Of a stretch of DNA of 64,000 nt, positions 28,957-36,767 are shown in pieces. How positions within the stretch are numbered: position 1 is the first letter of the stretch; each line of letters starts with the position of its first letter. The notes under the pieces are model-generated. The model saw only the letters and a program-made list of their open reading frames with translations. It was not told where the DNA came from and made no database searches. The translations under genes were made by a program, and so were the position numbers. This DNA is from Clostridiales bacterium. Its GTDB lineage: Bacteria > Bacillota > Clostridia > Oscillospirales > CAG-272. The stretch covers positions 8,520-72,519 of the forward strand of contig JAAYLD010000032.1 of NCBI GenBank assembly GCA_012522015.1, in the 5' to 3' direction.

Positions 28957-28985
28957 ATATTATCATAAGGATATTATTATGTCAA
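28957..28985 (-). promoter_or_regulatory. Sigma-A promoter of the 7-gene operon
   Basis: On the minus strand: TTGACA (28985-28980), a 17-nt spacer, then TAATAT (28962-28957). This implies a leader of about 265 nt. Confidence 0.55.
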
Positions 28986-29302
28986 GCATATACAAAATGA
29001 GCCCCTTCACAATATGGGCAGTTAATCCCTAATAAAAAATCGTTAACTTTGAGTTAACAATAATCTGCTTTCGCATAACCGACGGCGATAATAAGCTGCA
29101 CCCGTGTTTTTCACTGACAAGGTAATTAACATTTACCTTGTTTTCAAAATTAGCAAGGTTTCTGCATAAACATTGCGCTAATAATCGGCTATTTTGCCGC
29201 ATTAAGCCCTATACATATGCTCTGGTAACATATATTTACCTGTTTTCTTTGTTCAAAACACTATTACAGCGTTTTTCCAGTACTGCCCACCTTTATTTGG
29301 AA

Positions 29303-29365
29303 TGTGTATTTTGCACAAAATTTGACCGTTTTTTTCTACACATGTGCTTTTTGCACAAATTTCAC
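29303..29365. promoter_or_regulatory. Two related ~22-bp sites 40 bp apart, each containing a TGTGN-N5-GCACA inverted repeat
   Basis: Site 1 is GTGTATTTTGCACAAAATTTGAC (29304-29326). Site 2 is GTGCTTTTTGCACAAATTTCAC (29344-29365). In site 2, TGTGC-TTTTT-GCACA is a perfect palindrome. Confidence 0.4.
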
Positions 29366-29510
29366 GGACAAGCCCGCTTAAAAAGAAGCAGTAACTCTTT
29401 GCAGGTGAATTCAAGACAAATATGTATAAAAATGGTATGTATAGTTGCAATTATCAACTAATTCTCCTGCAATAGCTTATAAAATAAAGCACATTACTAA
29501 TTTTCAACAC

Positions 29511-30719
29511 TTATTGCTCGTCATAATTACCTGTGCGAAGTTTCCTAAGGCGCATCACTATCGGCGGAAGCTGTTCAAGAATATAATCAACATCAGCATC
29601 CGTGTTCGTATAAGACAGAGATATACGTATTGAGCTGTCAGCTTCCTCCCGTGAAAGCCCAAGCGATAAAAGTACGCGTGACGGGTCACGTATGCCTGTA
29701 GCACAAGCTGAGCCTGTTGAAACATAAATGCCCTTCATATCGAGTAAAATTGCTACGCTCTCACCCGAAACACCGTCAATTGACACATTTACATTACCGG
29801 GCAGACGCATATCTGGGTCACCATTCAGGCGAACGCCGGGGATGGCAGCGGTGAGTCCTTTTATAAGCCTGTCGCGCATTGCACGCACACGCTCTACATC
29901 ACGCATCAGGTCAACCGAAACCTCAAGCGCACGCGCCATCGCCACAATACCCGCAACATTTTCCGTGCCGGGGCGGATACCATTCTCTTGCCCTCCGCCG
30001 CCGATAATGCGCGCAAAAGGCACTCCCCGCCTGATGTAAAGAGCGCCGACTCCCTTCGGTGCACCAAACTTGTGCCCTGAAAAGCACATCGTATCAACGC
30101 CAAGTTTTTTCACGTCGATGGGTATCACGCCGACTGCCTGCGTAGCATCTGTAAATGAAAGTGCGCCAGCTTCCTTTGCAGCGTCCCCCACCTCGCCAAC
30201 TGGCTGTATTGTTCCTATTTCATTGTTCGCAAGCACAATGGCAACAAGAGCAGCGCCTCCATGCGCGGCGCTGAGCGCAGCTTCTATATCGCGCGCACTG
30301 ACGATGCCCGATGTATTACAGCCTACATAATCTACACAGTATCCTTCACCTTCAAGCCGCCGGCAGGTTTCGTAAACGGCCGGATGTTCAATTGTCGTTG
30401 TGATAATACACCGACGCCCATATGCCTCGCGCATAGCATGAGCTGCACCGCGGATAGCGATGTTTGCTGATTCCGTAGCGCCGGATGTAAAGTAAAGCTC
30501 GTCCGGCTCACAACCGATAATAGCGGAAATTCGTTCCCTTGCGTCCCGGATGGCTGCTTTCGCTATGCGGCCTTTTGCATGCAGGCTTGACGGATTCCCC
30601 CACGCATCATATAAATAAGGAAGCATAGCTTCGACAGCCTGTGGCATAACAGGAGCTGTTGCTGCATTATCAGCGTAAACAAATACGCTTTTTTCTTCAT
30701 TTTTATCTTTACTTTCCAT
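29511..30719 (-). CDS. Cysteine desulfurase, second NifS-like paralog
   Basis: PLP lysine FSGHKFGAPKGVG and catalytic loop STGSACATG. No scaffold gene is adjacent. Confidence 0.85.
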   Translation of the reverse strand: MESKDKNEEKSVFVYADNAATAPVMPQAVEAMLPYLYDAWGNPSSLHAKGRIAKAAIRDARERISAIIGCEPDELYFTSGATESANIAIRGAAHAMREAYGRRCIITTTIEHPAVYETCRRLEGEGYCVDYVGCNTSGIVSARDIEAALSAAHGGAALVAIVLANNEIGTIQPVGEVGDAAKEAGALSFTDATQAVGVIPIDVKKLGVDTMCFSGHKFGAPKGVGALYIRRGVPFARIIGGGGQENGIRPGTENVAGIVAMARALEVSVDLMRDVERVRAMRDRLIKGLTAAIPGVRLNGDPDMRLPGNVNVSIDGVSGESVAILLDMKGIYVSTGSACATGIRDPSRVLLSLGLSREEADSSIRISLSYTNTDADVDYILEQLPPIVMRLRKLRTGNYDEQ

Positions 30720-30947
30720 GTTGTTTTAAAGCAAGCGCCTCACCGACGCCTTACTGTTTTGACTTTATGCATTATTTTATACTATATTTGATTTGTACGC
30801 AACAAAAAGCATTTTCCATTCTCATTTACAGATATTATTTTTTAATGTAGATATATCAGCGCTTTACTTCACGCTGCAACCGCATTATAATGAAAAAAAC
30901 ACTTTATCGCAACGCTTTTTGTAGCCCATGCTTCGGAGGTGCTAATT

Positions 30948-32003
30948 TTGTATCATATCGGAATTGATCTTGGCGGCACAAACATTGTTGCAGGAATATT
31001 AAGGGAAAGTGATATTGCCCCCCTCCTTTCTTTTCGCTCCTGCTCGTCTGATGACAGTCAGCCATTTGCTTTTTGTGGCAGTTGCTTATTATACAAAGAG
31101 TCAATCCCAACGCTTCCTTCTCGCAGCGCAGAAGAGATCATGGCCGACGCAGCTTCGCTTGCCCGCACGGTAGCACACAGCGCAGGTGTTGATTTTCGTG
31201 ATGTCACATCGATTGGATTTGTCTCGCCCGGCACTGTCAATCCCGTCTCGGGTGTCGTCGAGTTTGCCGGAAATGTACCATTTAATAATTTTGATGCAAA
31301 ATTACATCTCCGCCACAACACAGGTATTGATAAAATAACTGTTGACAACGACGCAAACGCCGCTGCATACGCCGAAGCTGTCGTTGGCGCAGGATGTGGC
31401 GTCCGCGACTTTCTCATGATAACAATAGGCACCGGAATTGGCGGCGCTTTTGTCAGCGCAGGTGATGTACAGCGCGGCTTCAACTTCGCTGGCGGTGAGT
31501 TCGGTCACACTGTCATTGTCGCCGGTGGCGAAAAATGCACCTGCGGACGCCTTGGCTGTGTGGAAGCTTACTGCTCTATAAACGCTCTCATTCGCATGAC
31601 GCTTGACGAGATGGCGCGAGCTGATGCTACCGGCGAACATACTCTGCTCAGCGATATTGCTGCAAAAACATCGGGTGTCAACGGCAAAACAGCTTTTGAC
31701 GCCATGCGCCGGGGCGATAAAGTAGCAGAAAGCATAGTTTCTCGTTACATTTACTACCTTTCCACAGCGCTGACAAACTATATCAACATTTTTCAGCCTG
31801 AGATTCTTGCTGTTGGCGGAGGAATATCAAAAGAAGGCGAGTATCTTCTCTCCCCCCTTCGCCGCATCATATACTCTGAAATGTTCAACCGCCGCCAACG
31901 CCCCAATAAATACACAAAAATCGTGACTGCTTCCCTCGGCGGTGACGCAGGCGTCATTGGCGCCGCCCTTTTAGCGGCAAAAGAATGGTCGAATAAAAAA
32001 TAG
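30948..32003 (+). CDS. ROK-family sugar kinase (glucokinase-like)
   Basis: IGIDLGGTN, DNDANAAAYAE, TIGTGIGGA, and the zinc motif GHTVIVAGGEKCTCGRLGCVE. I chose the TTG start at 30948, 8 nt after GGAGG. Confidence 0.8.
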   Translation: MYHIGIDLGGTNIVAGILRESDIAPLLSFRSCSSDDSQPFAFCGSCLLYKESIPTLPSRSAEEIMADAASLARTVAHSAGVDFRDVTSIGFVSPGTVNPVSGVVEFAGNVPFNNFDAKLHLRHNTGIDKITVDNDANAAAYAEAVVGAGCGVRDFLMITIGTGIGGAFVSAGDVQRGFNFAGGEFGHTVIVAGGEKCTCGRLGCVEAYCSINALIRMTLDEMARADATGEHTLLSDIAAKTSGVNGKTAFDAMRRGDKVAESIVSRYIYYLSTALTNYINIFQPEILAVGGGISKEGEYLLSPLRRIIYSEMFNRRQRPNKYTKIVTASLGGDAGVIGAALLAAKEWSNKK

Positions 32004-32053
32004 CACAGAAACGCTTATCACTACTGGCGCACATTAATACAAAATAAAAGATA

Positions 32054-32083
32054 AAACCGGGCATAATGAAAGCTCGGTTTTTT
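32054..32083. terminator. Terminator after the ROK kinase gene
   Basis: ACCGGGC...GCTCGGT hairpin followed by TTTTT. Confidence 0.55.
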
Positions 32084-32214
32084 GAGTCGTATTTTATTAT
32101 AATCGTATATTTTGCAATTCCTCTTCATGTATCAGCCCTTAGCGTCACGCGCATTATACATAAACGGCATATTCCAGCAATTTTTACTGCTGCTCATCAG
32201 TTGTTTTATCAGCG

Positions 32215-32610
32215 TCAGCCGCGACACTCGCCGCCATAAAGAGAAATAAGGGATGACGTCAGCGTGCTGTCTTCACACTCACAAAAGCCGGTGTCACGGG
32301 CAATTTTCTCCGGCATGACCCCTTTTTTTGCTTTCATTGTAACACAGAAGCAGTCGTAAGCAAAGCGCATAGCAGCGCGGCACATGATAAACAAAGCCTC
32401 GTAATCATAGCCCTCATCCGGTGTGTTAGTTGGCGGCATAAGACCGGATATGAAAGCCGTATCTCCTTGTATGCGGAACTGGCACACGCCAGCAAGAACA
32501 TCGTCTATACGGGCAGCATATGCAAGCGCGTCCGGGTCATATTCAATGCCGCACGCACCGCATAATGCTTCTTGTTCATCCTTGTTTTCAATCGGTAATA
32601 TTGTCAGCAT
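32215..32610 (-). CDS. Hypothetical 131-aa Cys-rich protein, probably co-transcribed with the ThyX-like gene
   Basis: The ORF lies 9 nt downstream of the preceding gene. I recognise no motif, beyond a faint resemblance to half of an acetyltransferase fold. Confidence 0.4.
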   Translation of the reverse strand: MLTILPIENKDEQEALCGACGIEYDPDALAYAARIDDVLAGVCQFRIQGDTAFISGLMPPTNTPDEGYDYEALFIMCRAAMRFAYDCFCVTMKAKKGVMPEKIARDTGFCECEDSTLTSSLISLYGGECRG

Positions 32611-32619
32611 AAGTATATA

Positions 32620-33258
32620 TCACTTTTCGTTTGTCTGTTCGCTTGTCCACGTAATAAGCTCTTTTGCATACGGAAGCGATTCTATCCACCGGCAAAACAC
32701 ATGCCACTCGGCAAGCTTGTGATTTCTGCGCGCGTGATACATGTTTGTCAGGTTCTCGTAATTCATCGTAACAGTGCGAAGCTGATTGTAGCTTGATGGC
32801 AACAGCTGTATCATATCGTGCCAGTGCTTGACATCCTTTGTTTCAACAAAAGCAAGTCGTGCTGTCTCAAGATATTCAATGACGCCATCAAGGACAGCAA
32901 GCGCTTCCTCACTTAGCCTATCTGTTGAAAAATCGTCGCGCGAAAAAGGCTTTGCATGGATTTTGTGCATAGTGGAAGTTGAGTTGGCTACGGTGCCTAC
33001 TTTATATGTGTCGAACTCCTTCCACCAGTAAAGCGGGCCTGTGATGTCCGCCGACACGAACATTTGACGTATAAATTTTCTGTGGTCACTGCCCGCACGG
33101 CAGAGCCTCATGGCAAGCGACAGGTCATTCGGCCCCAGTATAAAATTACCGTTTTCGTCATATCTGCTGTCGGAACGATCCCATGAAGCGAGTGGATTTC
33201 GTGCGCCGCGTATCGCTCCCTCAAAGTTCATGACTACGGTTTTTTCGATCTTAAGCAT
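32620..33258 (-). CDS. ThyX-fold (Thy1-like) protein lacking the canonical ThyX motif
   Basis: It aligns by eye with Thermotoga ThyX. [43 protein letters not shown] matches [74 protein letters not shown] matches [34 protein letters not shown]. The RHR..S....S.RY residues are replaced. Confidence 0.55.
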   Translation of the reverse strand: [212 protein letters not shown]

Positions 33259-33466
33259 AATTCTATTTCTTTTCCTGCTGCCGCTCAAGTGGCAGCGCTT
33301 TTAATTTTTCTTATGTGAATAATACCATGACGCGGCGTTTTTTTCAATCCGCGCGGCAAAAATTACATAAAAATCTATTGTCTTTCTCCTGTTGCTGCAT
33401 AAAATCCGAACAATTGGCAAAAATAATGAAGGTCATACTATATTTTCACAAGGAGACACATACATC

Positions 33467-34198
33467 ATGAAGCCAGTCAGAAGCGAAAATAAGATCGTAT
33501 ATATCGTACTCGCGTTCGTTTTGACTGCTCTCACAGTAGTCGTTATTGCGACTGCGGTAGCCAGCCGCCGCGCCAGCAGAAAAAACGACGACACCTCGGT
33601 AAGCGATACAGTGTTAACAACAGCTGCGGAAAGCACGAAAAAACAAAAGGATACTGAAGACGCAGTATTTACAAATGATAGTGAAGAGGAGAGCGATATA
33701 GCTGACAATAACAACGCCGAAGATGAGCATGAGGAAGTCGATGCAGAACCACAGCTTCCGAATTTTCAGGTTCCGGCAGTTGGCGTCATCTCAAAAGAGC
33801 ACAGCGTCAGTGCACTTGTTTTCTCAGTGACGATGAACGATTATAGGACACACAACGGTGTTGATATCGCAACGGCGGACGGAGCTGACGTTCACGCAGC
33901 CGCTGATGGAGTAGTCGAAGAGCTTTGGCATGATCCGCTTATGGGCTACTGCATCTCAATCAGCCATGAAGGCGACGCTCTGAGCATTTATAAGAACCTA
34001 AGGCCTGAATCAATCTCCGGTTTATCGGCTGGCGACAAGGTTGTGGCAGGACAAGTCATCGGGAGCGTCGGGGAGAGTGCTCTCATTGAAATTGCAGAAG
34101 AGCCTCATCTTCATTTTGAGCTTAAAATAGGCGGCGCAAGCGTAGACCCTCGCGACTATATTGACTTCCCAGATACAAAGGATACACCAGAAGGCTGA
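33467..34198 (+). CDS. M23-family (LytM-type) metallopeptidase with an N-terminal membrane anchor
   Basis: HNGVDIA, AAADGVV and HLHFEL motifs. TM segment IVYIVLAFVLTALTVVVIATAV. The start is the ATG after AGGAGA. Confidence 0.85.
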   Translation: MKPVRSENKIVYIVLAFVLTALTVVVIATAVASRRASRKNDDTSVSDTVLTTAAESTKKQKDTEDAVFTNDSEEESDIADNNNAEDEHEEVDAEPQLPNFQVPAVGVISKEHSVSALVFSVTMNDYRTHNGVDIATADGADVHAAADGVVEELWHDPLMGYCISISHEGDALSIYKNLRPESISGLSAGDKVVAGQVIGSVGESALIEIAEEPHLHFELKIGGASVDPRDYIDFPDTKDTPEG

Positions 34199-34271
34199 TT
34201 TTTCTAATCAACAAAAGGTTAAAAAAGACAGCGTAACATCTATTTATCTAAACCAGAGAGCAGACAGCAAA

Positions 34272-34309
34272 AAGCGGGCACTATCGTGCGGTGTGTCCGC
34301 TTTTTTTTG
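34272..34309 (+). terminator. Intrinsic terminator
   Basis: AGCGGGCAC...GTGTCCGCT hairpin followed by T8. Confidence 0.7.
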
Positions 34310-34402
34310 CTTTGCGGTGGCTTTTTATGCTTTTCCTTGACATAAAATAGCTGGCAAAGCTATAATAATAAATCAAATCAGTTGCTTAAAGGAGAGCAGT
34401 CA

Positions 34403-34867
34403 GTGGACCTGTACATTCGTCAGAAAGTTTTCTCGCTAAGAAATAAGTTTTCAGTTATGGACTTTGCCGGCAACGACAGGTATTACGTAGAAGGTGACTT
34501 TTTATCACTTCGGAATAAACTGCACGTTTACGACACCGCCGGACGTGAGGTTGCATACATTCAACGAAAGCTGATATCGTTTTTACCCCGTTTTTATGTT
34601 TATACAAACGGCGCATACCTTGCCGAAATCGTACGCAAGTTCACGTTTTTCGCCCCGCGCTACAGAATAGACGGGCTTGGATGGCACATAGAGGGTGATT
34701 TTTTCGAACACAATTATGTCATATATGACGGCGAAAGACTTGTCGCCAGCATATATAAAAAGTGGCTTTCGTGGGGAGACTTCTACGTGCTTGACATCAA
34801 AAACAGCGAGGACGAAATTCCTGCGCTTGCCGTCGTGCTTGCTATTGACTGCGCATTGCAAAGCTAG
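34403..34867 (+). CDS. LURP-one-related / DUF567 (tubby C-terminal-like fold) protein
   Basis: VDLYIRQKVFSLRNKFSVMDFAGNDRYYVEGDF.SL..K..VYD..G.E.. is the typical N-terminus of bacterial DUF567 proteins. GTG start after AAAGGAGAG. Confidence 0.65.
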   Translation: MDLYIRQKVFSLRNKFSVMDFAGNDRYYVEGDFLSLRNKLHVYDTAGREVAYIQRKLISFLPRFYVYTNGAYLAEIVRKFTFFAPRYRIDGLGWHIEGDFFEHNYVIYDGERLVASIYKKWLSWGDFYVLDIKNSEDEIPALAVVLAIDCALQS

Positions 34868-34995
34868 TAATCATGATGCGGTAAATGTTAGCTTATTTTA
34901 CATGTGCAAATAATTCTTTTATGATTTTCATTTTCATAAGCTCAAACAACCGCATATCTGCATAAAAATGTCTTTACAACCATGAGGTGTTGATT

Positions 34996-35483
34996 ATGCA
35001 GCTTATTATGCGGCGCAAAATATTTTCTCTGAAAAGAAAATACACTATAACTGAAAAAGCAGGAAGTGTCAGTTACTATGTCGAAGGGAATTTATTATCG
35101 ATAAAAAACAAGCGGCATGTATACGATGTTGCATTTTTAGAAATTGTATTTATGTACCGCAAGTTAATATCGCTTCTGCCCCGTTGTTATTTATACATAA
35201 AAGACTTTTCAAAAGCGAGCTCGTAAGAGATATTTCACTGCTCTATCCGGGTTACAGAATTGAAGGCACGAGCTGGAATATCGTAGGTGATTTTACAAGG
35301 CATACATACACTGTATATGACAACTCCGCTCCGACAGCTTATATTCATAAGAAGTGGTTTACACTGGGGATTGTTCACACCCTTGAGATTGATGATGAGT
35401 ATGACGAAACACCTATTATCGCTATCATTCTTGCCATTGATTACGTACTTTCTATAAATAAAGTGTTAGTTTTGTTTTTTTAA
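34996..35483 (+). pseudogene. Second LURP-one-related paralog, interrupted by a -1 nt frameshift
   Basis: ORFs 34987-35226 and 35184-35483 together align along the whole upstream paralog. The frames switch at TTTTCAAAAGCGAG (A4 run, 35211-35214). One extra A would give ...YLYIKDFSKSELVRDI... Confidence 0.7.
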
Positions 35484-35599
35484 TATTTGTTCTCATTATA
35501 TTCTAACTATTATTCTTTCAATTAAGGCATAAAATGCCGAAAACAAAGCAAAATGTCTTCTACCGCCGTTAAATTTTACGCCGAATAAAAAATAAAAAC

Positions 35600-35628
35600 T
35601 TGCGCACAAACCCCGCACGTGGTATAAT
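35600..35628 (+). promoter_or_regulatory. Promoter of tRNA-Leu
   Basis: TTGCGC, a 17-nt spacer, then TGG-TATAAT (extended -10), ending 10 nt before the tRNA 5' end. Confidence 0.6.
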
Positions 35629-35638
35629 TACGGCGTGC

Positions 35639-35725
35639 GCCGGTGTGATGGAATTGGCAGACGTGCGGGACTCAAAATCCTGTTCCCGCGAGGGAGTGCG
35701 GGTTCGACTCCCGCCACCGGCACCA
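35639..35725 (+). tRNA. tRNA-Leu (anticodon CAA)
   Basis: Acceptor GCCGGTG/CACCGGC. Anticodon loop CTCAAAA. Long variable arm. T-arm GCGGG-TTCGACT-CCCGC. Encoded CCA. Confidence 0.9.
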
Positions 35726-35731
35726 AACTAA

Positions 35732-35775
35732 AACCTGCTGCATAAGCTAAAATGCTTTTACGACAGGTTTTTTAT
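35732..35775 (+). terminator. Terminator after tRNA-Leu
   Basis: ACCTG...CAGGT-based hairpin followed by TTTTTT. Confidence 0.5.
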
Positions 35776-35891
35776 TATGTTTTAAGCTATTACAGGTGCT
35801 GCAAGCGCATATGTGAAGCAGAATCGCAGATGTTGTTGATGCAAAAATTATTTTTGCGTATGCATATTCACTTATAAACAGTGTACCATAA

Positions 35892-35920
35892 TTGACATTT
35901 ACAGTCTTAAACGATATTAT
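35892..35920 (+). promoter_or_regulatory. Promoter of the cobalamin-riboswitch leader
   Basis: TTGACA, a 17-nt spacer, then TATTAT. Confidence 0.55.
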
Positions 35921-35962
35921 AGTTTTATTAACAGCAATTATTATTCAAAAATTAATAAAAAA

Positions 35963-36110
35963 AGCGGCACGGTTCCATGGGGGCTTATGTCCTCATAGGA
36001 TCAGATAATTCAGGGAAGTTCGGTGAAAATCCGTCGCAACTGCCATTACCGTGATTAATGGCGCTGATATGTCAGCGTTCATTATAAGTCGGAATACTCA
36101 CCGTGCCGCC
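35963..36110 (+). promoter_or_regulatory. Cobalamin (B12) riboswitch
   Basis: P1 is AGCGGCACGGT / CACCGTGCCGC. Core: GGTTCC...CAGGGAAGTTCGGTGAAAATCCGTCGCAACTGCC. B12-box-like AAGTCGGAATACTCACCGTGCC. Confidence 0.8.
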
Positions 36111-36111
36111 G

Positions 36112-36151
36112 ACGGTTGTCTTTTGGCAAGAAAGCCAAAAGACCGTTTTTG
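36112..36151 (+). terminator. Intrinsic terminator (riboswitch expression platform)
   Basis: GTCTTTTGGC-AAGAAA-GCCAAAAGAC hairpin followed by CGTTTTT. Confidence 0.75.
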
Positions 36152-36431
36152 GGCAAGAAAAACGCAGCCGTCATAAAAGAGTTGAGGAGGACTCTTTTGC
36201 TTTTTCGCAAAAAGCCGCTCTGTGTTTTTTCGTGCTAAAGTAAAAAAACAAACTTTGCGCTTTTGGTGCTCTTAAACTATGCTTAAAAGTGCAAAAATGC
36301 TGTTTAATTGTCCTCTTGTCAATGCTTTGATGACGCTGCGCTACCGCTGCCGGTTTTTGACCGTCAAGCGATGCGCATTTTTTTATTTTTTATTTTCACG
36401 CTGTGTTTTAATACATTTGAGGTATATTCAC

Positions 36432-36767
36432 ATGAAAGAGTACAGTAATAACTCCAATATAGATAATGCCGGACGCGGGAATATTAAATATGATAAAACT
36501 CGCTGCATACAGCTTCTTGTTGATATGAGAGCAAAACTGCTGTCGGCGGGAGATACTCGCTATCCACGCCGCAGTGATTTCACGGAAGCTGAGGTCGTGG
36601 CAATAAAAGCTCATCTTGGCCCGTGGCCTCGCGCGCTTGAAGCTGCCGGCATAAAGCCCCCGCGAGACGAAAGCATCGCACAGCGGGTAAAGGAAAAGAG
36701 AATACGCGCTAAACGCAAGAAAACGGAATACAAAAAGGCAGCAAAAGCGAAAAAAGAAAAGTTGTGA
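36432..36767 (+). CDS. Small basic protein (111 aa) with one helical repeat resembling the homing-endonuclease-associated repeat and a Lys/Arg-rich tail
   Basis: GAGG lies 9 nt upstream of the ATG. ...YPRRSDFTEAEVVAIKAHLGPWPRALEAAGIKPP resembles the ..P....F......FGSW..AL..AGL repeat, as I recall it. The tail is RVKEKRIRAKRKKTEYKKAAKAKKEKL. Confidence 0.4.
   Translation: MKEYSNNSNIDNAGRGNIKYDKTRCIQLLVDMRAKLLSAGDTRYPRRSDFTEAEVVAIKAHLGPWPRALEAAGIKPPRDESIAQRVKEKRIRAKRKKTEYKKAAKAKKEKL

Noticed and set aside
29138-29461. 107-aa plus-strand ORF and 65-aa minus-strand ORF in the nifS2-operon spacer.
   Set aside because: The region is AT-rich intergenic sequence. The ORFs start at non-ATG or weak contexts without an SD, have Phe/Leu/Cys-rich junk composition, and cover the palindromic repeat sites.
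36279-36431. N-terminal extension of the small basic protein ORF (track start at 36279).
   Set aside because: The extension has hydrophobic junk composition, runs across T-runs and hairpins, and lacks an SD. The internal ATG at 36432 has a GAGG SD.
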